Positions 1-14,189 of a stretch of 64,000 bases of DNA are shown here, in pieces. The notes under the pieces were generated by a model. That model made no database searches. It was not told where the DNA came from and worked only from the letters and a program-made list of their open reading frames with translations. Origin of the DNA: Chiloscyllium plagiosum (Eukaryota); NCBI RefSeq assembly GCF_004010195.1, contig NC_057719.1:72596583-72660582 (forward strand), read 5' to 3'. The translations under genes were made by a program, and so were the position numbers. Numbering within the stretch: position 1 is the first letter of the stretch; every line of letters begins with the position of its first letter.

Positions 1-2047
1 AGTAACCAAGATAATTACAGAGGAAAATCTGAAGACAACAGGGTTACATCAATAAATATCTCGAACATTCTCAAGCTTTTTATTAAACCAAAGATTCATG
101 AAAGAGATAAGAGTACGGGGATGTGGTGAGGAATCTATTTTGAACGAACAGAGATAAATACAGGCAGTTGAGGTTAGAGGAGGGTTCTCTGAGGAACAAA
201 GACAAGATGAGAAGAGGATTCACCATAAACAAGCCAGAGGAGAAAAAGCTTAAATGTTTGAAGATAATACTTGAAACTTCAATATTGCCAGCAGCAACTT
301 TGTTACATATTGCAGCAACTTGTTTTTAATGATAACTCCTATGTACATATTTACACTGGAAACTGCCTGTGTTTTATCATAATTCCACCTTCCCATCAGT
401 GCAGCACCAAGTTGTATCTCCCAGAACCTCTGCCATACTCCAAACACCTTGCTTCCTGAAATGTTCGCTGTTTTATTATTTAGTCGGAAATGCTAAAATA
501 ATACTTCCAGGCAAATAATACTTCCAGATCTGCAGGTGAGATACAGACTGCAGTGCTGATGAAGACAGCCCAAGGATTATGGTTTCTCGCTTCACCAAGA
601 CAGAGTCAGGACTGCCTTAAGTTTGGGGAAAAAGTGAGAACAGTGTCACAGGAAAGTCATAAGTTGATCAGCTAGTGAGCATTGCTGCTTAGGGAATGAA
701 TCTGAACAACCGGCCTTAATTAAACATGGAAAATATAAACTACTGATAACAAGTAACAACAGAGTAGCTGGCGAATCTTACCTCAAATCTTTATAGGCGG
801 CTTATTCACACTTGTAATGTTAATAATTGTTAGATTTATTGGCAGCAGTAAGGTTTATAGAGATTGCTTCAATCTTTCCACTGTATGCTCTGAGTAATAA
901 GGAAATTCAAGGTTGCTTCCTGTGTCTTGGATAACATTTATACAGCCAATGGAACTCACCAGAGCTGCTTGAGCACCAAATCTGGAGCTTGAGCAACAAC
1001 TGCACATCCATGAGGTTGAGCGCGAAGTGGATATCACAAACATTTACCGATGTGGTCATCCCACAGCTTAAGAGTACATAGGAAAAGACTGAATGGGTGA
1101 CTAAAAGGCAGTCAAAAACCAAGAGAGAATCTCTGAAAGCATCTAGCTCTCCAAATAATATTCAGTTCTGAATACCAATGAAAGTGATAGTGTAGCTCAG
1201 CAGTGCAGCCAGTCAATTTCATGATGCCATTGGTGACTAAGTGGTATGTAAATAGGAATGCACAATGAAGGGGAAAAGATATATTTTTTCTGCAATGAAT
1301 AAAGAATGGGGTGTTGGAGAGGGAGTTGGAAGGCTAAGGGAAGAGGGCAGGCTGAGGAGAGAAAGAGAGGGAAGGGAGAAGGGAAACAGAACAGACAAAA
1401 GGAGAAATAAAGATGAATACTCTAAAGATGGAGGGCTTTAGATAGCTGGGGCATGAGGATAGGCTTTAGGGAGATGGGACCTGTCCAGGCCGGACAGATT
1501 GAGTTTCTTGTAGGGTGGTTTTTTTTGCTCTTGGAGTTTAGTTAACCTGGCAGGGGTGTAAAGAGCAAGAAATAACACCAGAAAAGAATACCAACATGCA
1601 CAAAACATAGGGTGAGACAGTATTTCGTATTCTGGAATTATCTAAGTTAATACATGGGGACATGCCACTGTGTGGTCAGAAAGTTTGGTGAGTTACACAG
1701 ATTATTTTGAGAAACTATGACATTGTAATTTTTACAGAGATTCTCAAAGAAGGGCAGACTGGATGTTAAATATTCCTGGATATTTAAAATATTTGGAAAA
1801 TAGGAATGGAAGGAAAAGAGGAAAGGTGGAGGACAATGAGTAAAGAGGGTACTGCTGTGCATCAGAGGATGGACCAGAGGTCTCAAGATCAGAATCTATT
1901 AGCTTGGACGAAGGAATACAAATGTTACAGTTAGATTGTACAATTAGGCTACCAACTAATGAGAAGGATGAGGGAAACAGTTGTGCAAGTCAGTTGCAGG
2001 AAAATACGGAAATTATACAGTAGTTATTATGGGAGCAACTAATTATC

Positions 2048-2222
2048 CAGGTTGTTCTGCTATAACCTGCGTTTTGTTAATGCAAGTTAGCTACAGCGTG
2101 ATTGACAAATTGGGGACACTGTTTCTAAAGTGTGAACTTTTAAAATGTGTACTGGTTCTAAAGGGACTCCAGCCCCATTACTTTAAATGGTGCTGCTATT
2201 AAGCGAGAACGGAACTACCCTG
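2048..2222. mobile_element. Tigger/pogo-like MITE
   Basis: Ends caggttgttctgctataac...gaactaccctg; related to 7951-8568 and 56102-56310. Confidence 0.55.
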
Positions 2223-2280
2223 TGTGAACTGCACTAATGGTAGAGTGAAGGGTAGAAAAGGTCAAGAGTTCTTGGTGTGT

Positions 2281-5200
2281 ATAGAGTCACAGAGATGTAC
2301 AGCACAGAAACAGACCTTTTGATTTGGACCAACTCGTCCATGCTGACCAGATATCCTAACCTAAATTAGTTCCATTTGTCAGCACCCGGCCCATATCCCT
2401 CTAAACCCTTCCTATTCATATACCCATCCAGATGCCTTATAAAAGATGTAATTGTACCAGCCTCCACCAATTCCTCTGGCAGCTCATTCCATACATGCAC
2501 CCCAGGGAAAAGACTTGGTCTATTTATCCGATCCATGCCCCTCACGATTTCATAAACCTCAACCTCAGACAGTCCAGGGAAAACAGCTCCAGCCTATTCA
2601 ACCTCTCCCTATAACTCAAATCCTCCAACTCTGGCAACATCCTTGCAAATCTTTTCTGAACCCTTTCAAGGTTCACAACATCCTTCCAATAGGAAGGAGA
2701 CCAGAATTACACACAATATTCCAAAAGTGGCCTAACCACTGTCATGTAAAGCCACAACATGACCTCCCAACTCCTGTAGTCAATACTCTGACCAATGAAG
2801 GAAAACATACCAAATGCATTCTTCACTATCCTATCTACCTGCAACTCTACTTTCAAGGAGCTATGAACCTGTACGTCAAGCTCTTTTTGTTCAGCAACAC
2901 ACCCCAGGACCTTACCATTAAGTATACAAATCCTGTTAAGATTTGCTTTTCCAAACCTCGCATTGATCTAAAACTCCATCCGCCACTCCTCAGCCCATTG
3001 GTCCATCTGATCAAGATCCTATTGTACTCTGAGGTAACCTTCTTCGCTGTCCACTACACCTCCAATTTTGGTGTCATCTGCAAACCTATGAACTATACTC
3101 TGATGTTCACATCCATATCATTTATATAAATGATGAAAAGCAATGGACCCAGCACCGATCCTTGTGGCACTCCACTGGTCACAATCCTCCAGTTTGAAAA
3201 ACAAACTTCCACCACCAACCTCCGTCTTCTGCCTTTGAGCCAGTTCTGTATCCAAATAGCTAGTTCTCCCTGTATTCCATGAAATCTAACTTTGCTAACC
3301 AGTCTCCCATGAGGAATGTTGTCAAACGCCTTACTGAATGCAATATAGATCATGTCTACCACTCTGCCCTCATCAATCCTCTTTGTTACTTCTTCAAAAA
3401 ACTCAATCAAGTTCGTAAGACATGATTTCCCACACACAAAGCCATGCTGACTATCCCTAATCAGTCCTTGCCGTTCCAGATACATCTAAATCCTGATCCT
3501 CAGGATTCCCTCCAACAACTTGACCACCATCAACGTTAGGCTCACTGGTCTATAGTTGCCTGGGTTTCCCTGACCACCTTTCTTAAATAGTGGTACCACG
3601 TTAGCCAACCTCCAGTCTTCCGGTAGCTCATCAGTGATTATCAATGATACAAATATCTCAGCAAGGGGCCCAGCAATCACTTCCCTAGCTTCCCAGAGTT
3701 CTAAGATACACTTGATCAGGTTCTGGGGATTTATCCAATTTTATGCAAATCAAGACATCCAGCACCACCTCCTCTGTAATATGGACATTTTTCAAGCTGT
3801 CACCATAAATTTCCCCATATTCTATATCTTCCATGTCCTTCTCCACAGTAAACACTCATGCGAAATACTTACTTAGTATCTCCCCCATCTCCTGTGGCTC
3901 CACAAAGAGGCTGCTTTTTGCTGATCTTTGAGGGGTCCTATTTTCTCCCTTGTTATCTTTTTGTCCTTAATATATTTATATTTGTCATCCAGCATTCCCT
4001 ACACGTACCACCCTTTCCTTTCACCCTACCAGGAATATACTGGCTCTGGACTCTTATCTCATTTTCAAAGCTTCCCATTTTTCAGCCTTCCCTTTACCTG
4101 CGAATGTTGGCCCCCAATCAACTTTTGAAAAAGTTCTTGTCTAATAGTCAAAATGAGTCTTTCTCCAGTTTAGAGCTTCAATTTTTATCTTTTTCCTTCA
4201 TTATTTTAAAACTAATAAAATTATGGACGCTAGCCCCAAAGTGCTCCCCCACTGACACTTCAGTCACCTGCCCTGCTTTATTTCCGAAGAGTAGGTAAAG
4301 TCTTGCATCTTCTCTAGTAGGTGCATCTACATACTGAATTAGAAATTGTTCTTGTACACACTTAAATTCCTCTCCATCTAAACCCTTAACACTATGGCAG
4401 TCCCAGTCTTTGTTTGAAAAGTTAAAATCTCTCACTATAACCACCCTATTATTCTTACAGATAACTGAGATCTCCTTACAAATTTGCTTCTCAGTTTCCT
4501 GCTGACTATTAGGGGGTCTACATTACAATCCCAATAAGGTGATCATCCCTTTCTTATTTCTTAGTTCCACCGAACTAATATCCCTGGATGTATTCCAGGA
4601 ATATCCTCCCTCAGTACAGCTGTAATGCTATCCCTTATCAAAAATGCCATTCCTCCATCTCTCTTGCACCCCCCTCCCCCACACCTTTTATCCTTCCTAT
4701 ACCATTTGTATCCTGGAACATTAAGCTGCCAGTCCTGTCTGTCCCTGAGCCACATTTCTGTAATTGCTATGATATCCCAGTCCCATGTTCCAAATCATGT
4801 CCTGAGTTCATCTGCCTTCCCTGTTCAGTCTCTTGCATTGAAGTAAATGCAGTTTAATTTATCAGACCTACCTTGTTCTCTGCTTTATTCCTGCATGCCC
4901 TGATTGTTTGACTCGCTCCTTTTCCCAACTGTACCAGTCTCAGACTGNNNNNNNNNNNNNNNNNNNNNNNNNNNNNNNNNNNNNNNNNNNNNNNNNNNNN
5001 NNNNNNNNNNNNNNNNNNNNNNNNNNNNNNNNNNNNNNNNNNNNNNNNNNNNNNNNNNNNNNNNNNNNNNNNNNNNNNNNNNNNNNNNNNNNNNNNNNNN
5101 NNNNNNNNNNNNNNNNNNNNNNNNNNNNNNNNNNNNNNNNNNNNNNNNNNNNNNNNNNNNNNNNNNNNNNNNNNNNNNNNNNNNNNNNNNNNNNNNNNNN

Positions 5201-6630
5201 NNNNNNNNNNNNNNNNNNNNNNNNNNNNNNNNNNNNNNNNNNNNNNNNNNNNNNNNNNNNNNNNNNNNNNNNNNNNNNNNNNNNNNNNNNNNNNNNNNNN
5301 NNNNNNNNNNNNNNNNNNNNNNNNNNNNNNNNNNNNNNNNNNNNNNNNNNNNNNNNNNNNNNNNNNNNNNNNNNNNNNNNNNNNNNNNNNNNNNNNNNNN
5401 NNNNNNNNNNNNNNNNNNNNNNNNNNNNNNNNNNNNNNNNNNNNNNNATTGATCTCTTTCCTCACTATTTCCCTGGGTCCCACAACCTTCTTAGTTTAAA
5501 TCCTCCCAAACAGCTCTAATGTCCCTGCCAGTATATTACAATTCAGGTGAAATCCGTCCTTCTTGTACAGGTCACTTCTACCCCAGAAGTGATTCCAATG
5601 ATCCAAAAATGTGAACCCTTCTTCCCTGCAGCAACTCTTCAGCCACGCATTCATCTGCTCTAACCTCTTATTCAAGCTCGTAGCACTGTGAGTTAATCTA
5701 GATACTACTACCTTTGAGGACATCATTTTTAAAATCCTGCCTAATTTTCTATATTCTCCCATCAGAATCTCATCCTTTTCCCTTCCTATATCGTTAGTTC
5801 CAATGTGTACAATTACCTCCTGCTGGTCCCTCTCCCCTCTGAGAACATTCTGCACCCTCTCTGAGGCATCCTTGATCCTGGCATACACCATTCTGATTTT
5901 TCACTGCTGGCCGTAGAAACATCTGTCCATGCCTCTGACTAGACAGTCCCCCATCACAATCGATTACTTAGAACCAGACGTATCCCTTATTACTTAAGAG
6001 CCAGTCTCGATACCAGAAACTTTGCTGTTTGTGCTACATTCCCCAGAGAGTCCATCACTCCATACAATTTCCAAGACAGCATACTTATTTGAAATGGGGA
6101 TAGCCACATAACACTCCTGCACAACCTGCCTACCCCTCCTACGAGTTAACCTATCTACCTGACTGTATCTGCGGCTTTTCTCCCTTCCTGTAACTGCCAT
6201 CCATCACACCTCCTAGATCGTCTAAATCCCTCATTGCTTCTAACTGCTGCTTCAACAAATCCATGTGATCGGATTGGATTTGCAACCAAAGACACTTCCT
6301 GCAAACATAATCATCAGTAGCATGGAAACTCTCCCTAAACTGCCACATCAGATGGGAAGAGCATATCACTGTACTAAAGGCCATCTGTGTTCCTTCACAA
6401 TCTACAGACCCAGAAAATAGCATTGTCTTTTTGCTCTAAACAGCTGTGCTCCAGGCTACATTCACACTTACTGTTTGTATTTTTAAAATATAATCAAGAC
6501 TCAGTTCTCAATGAAACATATAACCAAGACAGAACCCATTCTAGTCACTGTGGGCTTACAGCAAGCTTACACTTGAAACCTATGCACTTACCGGTTCCTG
6601 TGCTGTGAGCTCTCCCACACAGGTTCCTCG
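2281..6630 (-). mobile_element. Near full-length, internally deleted CR1 (HER1-like) LINE
   Basis: ORF1 pieces: Cys cluster (CSS..DDYVCRKC) and SGNH esterase (VHIGTNDIG, KDGFHLN). ORF2 pieces: APE endonuclease (DFNF, PTRE-A-L-L) and RT ([39 protein letters not shown]). 3' tail ...ctctgtgactctat. Frameshifts and stops. Confidence 0.93.
4948..5447. other. Assembly gap (500 N) inside CR1
   Basis: Run of N. Confidence 1.
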
Positions 6631-7950
6631 CTGGAACATTTTCTCCAGGAGTACTTTCCCGGACCAATGAGAACAGAAGCACAGCTATACCTAGTTCTTG
6701 GGAAGGAGGTAGACCACATAGATCAAGTTGCATAGGAGAATATACAAGGGACAGTGTCCATTGCATCATAAGGTTTACGCTGACTATAAATAAACTCAAA
6801 AGAACAATCCAGAGTACGGAAATCTAACTGGAGGAAAGCTAACATCAATGGGATAAGAATGCATCTGGGTTAGATAAACTGGATTCAAAAGTTAGCAGCA
6901 TGAAAGATATATGAACAATGGGCTAAGGGAAGATACTTTGGGCACAGACAAGGTACTTCTGTTGAGAGCAACAGGCCAGGCAAACAAATTCACAGCTACC
7001 TGGATGACAAGAGATAAAAATAAAGAGAGAGAAGAAAACGTGAGATTTTGGTAGATGTCAGGTAGCAAACAGAACCAAGAACCAGGGTTAATGTACAATG
7101 CTGAGGAGGTTAAGTTAAAAAAAATCAAATAAGACAAGCACACAAGAAAGAAGCTAGACTGGCAGTTAACATAAAAGGAAATCCTATTGGCAGATAAACA
7201 AAATGGTAAAAAGTAAGAGCAGGGCCCATAAGAGATCAAACCATGGCTTGAGTATGGAGATGGGACACAGCAGAGGTATTAATTTAATACTTTGCATCTG
7301 TCTTTAACGAGAAAGATGATGCTACCCAGGCCAAGGCGAAATAGGTGGCAATTCAGACACAAGAAAGTTTTACAATTGACATGGAGGTTGTATTAGATAG
7401 TTTCTGCTTAAAATAAAGACCAAACAAAATGTACCTCAGGTGACCAAGGGAAATGAGAATAGAAATTGCAGAAACCATAGCCATATTTCATTTTAAGTCT
7501 TCTTTAGACTCAGGACAGTACCAGATAACTACAGAATTACAAACATTATAGCCTTGTTCATGAAAGGATGCAAGGCTAATCTCAACAGATTGGTCAGTTT
7601 AACTACAGTAGTGGAAGCTTATACAAACAATTAAAATAATATTAATAGTCAGATGGACAAATGACTTTTTTACAGAAATAAAGAAGAGGATTGATTATGG
7701 CAATGCTGTTCATGTGATTTCCATGGAGTTCTAATAGGTTGGTGATACAATGCCGTGCACAACAATTGTGAGCAAAGTCATAGCTCATGGCAGCAAAATG
7801 AATATGAAATTGACAGACTGTAGTCAGATTTTGGTGCACAACATTGACATTCGCAAATGATACGAAACTTGAAGACTTTATAAATTTGAGGGGTGAGATT
7901 AGAGTAGAACTTCAAAAGGACATAGACAAGTTGGCAGAATGGGAAACCCA

Positions 7951-8568
7951 TAGTATAGTTCTCCTGTAACATGGGTTTATTAACACAATTTGGTTGTAAC
8001 ATGGTTTGTGAATTGTGGACTCTTTTTAAATATAAGCGAACTCTGGTTCGCTGTTACAAAATTCCAGCTTAAGCACTAGCTGAACAGCAAAACCCAGCCT
8101 CAGTATTCTCTGTCTACAAAATGCAAATTCAGAGTGTTCAGCTAAAAGAGGATCGCAATTCATTCTGCAAGCCTTGAAACTTAACTGGAAACTGGTAATT
8201 GTAGTCTACATTTAGAAGGAACTTCATTTCAAACTGGGGTAAAATCTTGAGGAGGACTGGACTGCGTTGCAATCATGTGGTCGTTCGGCTCAGATGCTTT
8301 CTGATGAATAGCTTCATGAAAGGTACAGTGCTGTAGTCAGTGATTTTAGTGTTAAATTTACTGTATTATTTAAAGATATGTAAAGATTTACTTGGACTGT
8401 GCTATCGTTTGTGTAAGGCTAACTACTATTTTTGTTTCGACTTTTACTGATATATTTGGTGGTTTATTCCTAACTATTTTTCCTGGAGACCCTATTATTT
8501 ATATTGCGCGATTTTCTATAACAATGTCGCATAGGAACGCAACTACCGTATTATATAAGAACTACCTG
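7951..8568. mobile_element. Tigger/pogo-like non-autonomous DNA transposon
   Basis: Right end ...ttatataagaactacctg followed by TA; left end tagttctcctgtaac is a decayed inverted copy. Confidence 0.55.
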
Positions 8569-9144
8569 TAGGACATTACTCTGACCACTGAGATATATCA
8601 GCTCTCTTACAGAGCTGCTCAGCTAGAGAAACATGAATGGAGATTTGATAATCATAAGGAGTCTTCAGAGAGTTGACAGAGAGCAAGATTCAATTGGTGG
8701 AAGTAAAAGACACCAATTTGTGGTGATTGCCAATCGAATCAGTGTCCGCCTGTGGGAAAACCTTTCTATGCAGCTAGTAGATAGGATCTGGAATTTGTTA
8801 TTGACAATGTGGTCAAGGCAGATTCAAATCATGGCTTCAAAAGGGAATTGGATAAAGCAGGACACTGGAACTAACTGAGCAGTTCTTAGAGAACTGGGGA
8901 AAAAAAACTTGTTGGAACCATTCTTTGTCTCCATAATTCTGGTAGAAAACTAATGTAAAACTATTAAGAATGCATGGAAGGTTTTAAAAGATTCTGACAG
9001 GATAACTTTCCACTTACAAAGCTTGGCTTTCATATATTCCCCCTTTTGAGATGAAATGCATCTAAAGGGAAGCTTTTGAGAAGATCAGAATTACACAAAT
9101 CTTTTAAAAATAATTTTGCATAAAGTATTTATTTAATATACTTC

Positions 9145-9690
9145 AACAGTTGAGAGAAATCATAGTTAACATTTTGGGTCAAGAGACCCTTTCTCAGAAT
9201 TGATGGTAGCGAAGAGAATGTCATTTTTTTTCCACAAGATAGGGGAGGGGAGAGTGTGAGTAAATGACAGGTGGGGATAGAGCCCAAAGAGAGAGCAGAA
9301 CAGATGGACAGAAGGAATGGATAATGATTTGGCTTGGAGGGCGAATAGCTATTATGGAGACTGTTAGTCCCACTGTTAACCACTAACAGTCTCTATTAAT
9401 AGCTATTCACCGTTCTAGTTGGAAGATGATCACTCCTTTGTCTGTCTCTATCTCTCAGAGCTCTAAGCCCCATCTACCATTCACTCCTTACCCTCTCCCC
9501 ACCCCTACTCTATCTTCTGCATATAAACTAACATTTTCCTAGTTACCATCAGTTCTGAGAAAGGGTCACTTGACCCAGAACATGAACTCTGATTTCTCTC
9601 CACAGATGCTGCCAGACCTGCTGAGCTTTTCCAGCGATTTCTATTTTTGTTTTGGATTTACAGCATCTGCAGTTCTTTTGGTTTTTACTT
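9145..9690. mobile_element. Fold-back Penelope-derived element (family C), decayed hammerhead core
   Basis: ~9150-9380 is an imperfect inverted copy of ~9390-9600; ctgagaaagggtcacttgacccagaac; tail cagatgctgccagacctgctgag. Confidence 0.7.
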
Positions 9691-10121
9691 CAATAGTTCT
9701 TTATTTAACACAGTATGTTGCAAACATATGAACAAAACTTCATTCTTGATGTATTTATTCTTTATTCTGAATGATTACAGCAGCTACTTCTTTGAAGTTA
9801 GTGATGGAAACTAGTTCTGAAAAGAACAATTTCCTTCGGTCTTAATATTATAAATTCAAATTAAAAAACAGTAGCATACAATCATAAAAGCCACAATGTT
9901 TTTTGCTTTGTGCTGATCATTCCAGATGAACATATAAATAATCAAATGACCTTACTAAAATTACTTTGCTTTAATTAACCTTTGCCTTCCCTTGTACAAG
10001 AGATAATCAGCTGAAATTCTTCAAATGCCCTATGTGAGAATGCTTCAATAATGCAAATTAGATCTGAACTGTTCAATTTCATGTGAATGCCGGGAGAGAC
10101 TGAAACTACATCCAAAGACCT

Positions 10122-10248
10122 CACACAACACCAGGTTATAGTCCAACAGGTTTATTTGGAAGTACTAGCTTTTGGAGTGCTGCTCCATCAGGTAGCTGTG
10201 ATTTTTAACTTTATCCACCCCAATCCATCACCGACACCCCCACATCAC
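10122..10248. mobile_element. Short Penelope-derived element (family B)
   Basis: acacaacaccaggttatagtccaacagg...ctagctttt, homologous to 46452-46670; flanked by gacctc. Confidence 0.75.
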
Positions 10249-10544
10249 GACCTCTACTTAGGCTGTGCTAAGACCAGTTCCAAATTCTCCAATACACAAT
10301 TCTCTCTACACAAACACTTCAGCAATCTCAACACTAAGACAACATACATTCTGATCCTGACATCTCCTTACAATGATCATACCTCACTCAAATGTCATTA
10401 ACACTTGTTTTAAAGGAGAAACCAGAGCTCACCCAGTTTAATTCTGGCAAAAAACAGTGCATCGTTCATTTGGAGATAACTTTCTGGATACCTGCAAATA
10501 CGGGGTAGATTGTGCCTGCAGGTAGAAAACCACAAGGATTCCAT

Positions 10545-11097
10545 GCATTGGTTAGGACACTTTTGGAATATTGCATGCAATTCTGGTCTCCCTGATATAA
10601 GAAGGATCTTGTGAAACATGAAAGGGTTCAAAAATAATTTACAAGAATGTTGCCAGGGTTGGAAGGTTTGAGAAATTGCGCGAGTCTGAATAGGCTGGGG
10701 CAATTTACCCTGGAGCACTGGAAGCAGAGGTTGATAAAATCATGTGGGCATGGAGAGGGTTAATAGATTCTTCCCCCCCCCCCAACAGGTGGGGGAGTCC
10801 AAAACTAGAGGGCATAGGTTTAAGGTGAGAGATATAAGATTTAAAAAGAAACTCAAGGGGGATCTTTTTCCACACAGAGGGTGGTGCGTGTATGGAATGA
10901 GCTGCCAGAGATGGTGGTGGTGGAGGCTTGTATAATTATAACATTTAAAAGGCATCTGGATGGGTACATGAATGGGAAGGGTTGAGAGGAATATGGGCCA
11001 AATGCTGGCAAATGGGACAAGATTTATTTAGAGCATCTGGTCAACATAGACAAATTGGACCAAAGGGTCTGTTTCTGTGTCTATTCATCTCTATGAC
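10545..11097 (+). mobile_element. 5'-truncated CR1 (HER1-like) 3' fragment
   Basis: EYC-QFWSP / LERVQK / TRGHRFKVR-type coding remnant and ctctatgac tail. Confidence 0.9.
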
Positions 11098-12324
11098 AAC
11101 ACTCCAACAATCCCATCACTGACTGTAAATGTCCCTCAACCCACCATTTCACTCAAGTACCAGGTCACATTCTAATTGGTCGCATGGCCAATTAGACAAG
11201 CCATTTTCCTGCCCCAAAACTCTGCATTTTGTGTACAAAGACTGCATTAACCCTGTGTAGATACAAAGATTGCAAAGGACCTGAATGGAAGTACTTGGAT
11301 ATGGTACAGAGGGCAGTTGACAAAGCAGCATGGTTACTACCGTTCTATATTCTATGATTTAAGAAAGCATGTAAATTATCATGCAACCCAATGGCAAAAA
11401 TTATATCGCCAAATAGGTACTCTGATTTATGGGAACAAATAATAGCATAAATAAGAAATCCAGATTAAAATGTTTAGATGAATTTCTGAACAATATTTGA
11501 TGCTCTTTTTAACGATCTAGTCATCAATACTAAAAAAAAGTACAGCTTTTATATTTACTGCAACTGTACGAGAATGTAAATCACCGTGTCACCACTGATC
11601 ATAGTTCATAATGAAATATATGAACACTGAAGTCTCAACCCTCTTTTCAGAATGTTACAAATATCTAGTTCAGAATTCATACTTTTTATAATGTAAACAT
11701 TTAGTCATTATAGGGATAAATATAAGTAAATGGAAAAACCTGGTTAAGAAAGTGATTAATAACACCAAAGTGAATTCAAATTCAAGCAAGCCTCAGTTTA
11801 ATTAACCTGTGTTTATCATAGAAGCTCAATGTTGATAAGAAATAAAAATTACGTGATCCATCTTTCGACCTTTTAGTGGAAGCAGGCAGTCTGGAGAGGG
11901 GAAATTTATATTTATCAGAAATACAAATTATTCATAAGGATTACAGAATAAGAATTGTGTTGAAGATTAAATAACTAATTGCAATTTTTGTTTCGGGACA
12001 TCTCAAAATCGTCACATTGTCAAGATGCGCTGTGAGGTGGACGTTTTTCTGTTTAATTTATTTGTGTGTTTGCTCAGAAAGCAGTCAACTTCAGGTTTCC
12101 ATTTAAGGATTGAGGTAGACTGCAGCTCATTGGATTTAAAGAGCCAACATGAGACAATTGTTAGTCAGGTCTTTGCTTCAAATAAAGAGAAAGATAACTT
12201 TATCACTCACCATGCAGAAACCATAAGAGACTTGAGTTCAGTTTAGGTTTAAGGAGGGAAAAAGTGGCTGGAGGATTTATAATAGCTTGGAGCTAGAACA
12301 AGAAATTTAGTGCTCCTCAAAGAG

Positions 12325-12432
12325 GAGAAAGTGAGGTCTGCAGATGCTGGAGCTTGTCAGCTGGTTTGATGGTGAGGTTGGGGTTGGAACGGAGGGAGTG
12401 GAGGGCTGCGCGTTCCGAGGGTGAGAGGTTGG
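12325..12432. mobile_element. Chimeric short PLE-type insertion with 16-bp TSD
   Basis: agtgctcctcaaagag at 12309-12324 and 12433-12448; begins with family A tip gagaaagtgaggtctgcagatgctggag. Confidence 0.75.
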
Positions 12433-12893
12433 AGTGCTCCTCAAAGAGCCTTGTATCAAGGTTGTAAGCAGACAGCTTGGAATCTGAAAGAAGCGAGTTG
12501 GGTGACTGCCAGCAATCTTAATAAGGAGCTGAGGCTTCCACAGTTGAGCAGTAGTAAATACATGTTGAAGAGTCACCACCAAAATGATAACGGAGGGATC
12601 TCAGTAATGCATGGAAAGCTAAGCAAAATTAACGTGAATTCTGTTGGACTGGTGTGTTCATTGTGAATTCATACCTAAATGATTCTGGGTAATCCAAGAT
12701 GGAAGATGGGAAAAAAATTGTGACTGTAAAAGATGCTTTTTTTTTGAGGTATTTTCATGTTGGAGCTGATTTCCTCAAAATTCTAGGAGCTGTAATTACA
12801 GTCTTATTAAGCTATTGTACTGTTCTGGAACTTTGGTGGTAGGGAAAATCAAATTGACAACTTTAAAAAGGAGGAAGACAAACAAAAGTAGTG

Positions 12894-13060
12894 ACAATTA
12901 CAACATTTAAAAGGCATTTGGATGGGGATATGAATAGGAAAGGTTTTGAGGAATATGGGCCAAATGCTGGCAAATGGGACTGGATTTACTTAGGATATCT
13001 GGTCGCCATGGACCAGTTGGACCGAAACGTCTTTTTAGTTGCTGTGTATCTCTGACTCTA
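12894..13060 (+). mobile_element. CR1 3' tail fragment
   Basis: caacatttaaaaggcatttggatgg...ctctgactcta, homologous to 44610-44780. Confidence 0.85.
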
Positions 13061-14189
13061 ATTGAATGAATTTTAAGGATTGTTATGATGCATAAAGGAG
13101 GCAAGTAAAGATAGTCATTTAGTAGTCCGGAACTTAAATTTTCTGAAGAGAAACATTTTGTTTTACACTCATCACAATAATTCACAAGAAATATCAAAAG
13201 GAAAGGAGAACAATAGTTCTACTGAATGAAACAGGAGTGCTGATTGGCTGTTACATAGATTCCACTTGATAGAGGCCTGAGTTAAAATTTAAGCAAAGTT
13301 TGGTAGTTAATTATCAGCTATCATTATTTTCTTCATTCTCCAAGCTATGTCCCTACCACAGTCAGTTTGTGAACCAACCAACACTCTTCTTGCATATAGA
13401 ATTAATGTTGTTTTCCCCTTGCATTGGCATTTCCCGTAAGTTGTTCTGATGAGTTGAGTGCAAGTCAAAAATTTTCAACAAAATGTCATTTTCAGCAGTA
13501 ATAATTAGGTAGAATGGAGCTCATAGCATAAGTAATTGTAAGTTGTAGTATTGAGTTAATAGTGTGCTTTAATTTTTATATATACTAGCTTGTTTTTATT
13601 TAAAACTGGTGGCTGAATGCCATGTCATTTAATTGCTGAGTGTTCATGTTTCTCTTCAAACTTTCTAAAGTATCCTGTTAGGAATCATTAAAAAGGATAG
13701 AATAAACGGTCAATGCATCAAAATGAATTCATGCAAATAAATGCATTTCTATCTCTTTAACTAACTCATGCTTACTAACAATTAGAAAATGTTTCATTTT
13801 GCAATCAATTTCCCAGCAAGCACAATTTTAAAACAGGTGGAAGGCAATCTTTGATCTACAGAAAATTGAAATCAAAAAAATCATGGAAGCGAAGTCTTCT
13901 ATTAAACATTGCTAGAAGTTAAGAATAAGTTCTTAATACTGAACTCTAATCCTCTACAAGGATTTACATTGATAGGGTTCATCTATATTGCAAAATCCAT
14001 ACGTACTCAACAGAATGGTTACACAAAATCATTGTCCAAATCTATTGCGGGACAATTTTGGCAATCATATTTGCAAGCCTAACTTTTGAAGTTACATTGT
14101 AAATTAGGCAACATTAATGGCTGAAGCAAACATTCATGCATATTCTCTATCACTGAGCTGAATAACATCAGAAGTATTCCTCATTCTAA

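Larger units (their letters stand above)
860..8930 (+). mobile_element. Old degenerate CR1 LINE, split by a younger CR1 (2281-6630) and MITEs
   Basis: Decayed ORF1/endonuclease-like sequence before 2280 continues after 6640 (FL-Q-Y/PTR/LDLVL-like), then RT-like and 3' remnants; boundaries approximate. Confidence 0.6.

Noticed and set aside
2452..3129. 225-aa plus-strand ORF
   Set aside because: Antisense frame of CR1 ORF2; the same peptide recurs antisense to other CR1 copies
4854..5519. Long ORFs spanning N runs (also 14786-15739 and 59259-60016)
   Set aside because: Artefacts of translating gaps; only the GIY-YIG part at 15674-16061 is meaningful
13440..13500. ctgatgag hammerhead-like start (also 35660 and 9555)
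   Set aside because: GAAA or CTGA core mutated; decayed and presumably inactive
13715..13735. Minus-strand HFD motif as possible exon 11
   Set aside because: Flanking residues do not match STRN3 and there are no suitable splice sites
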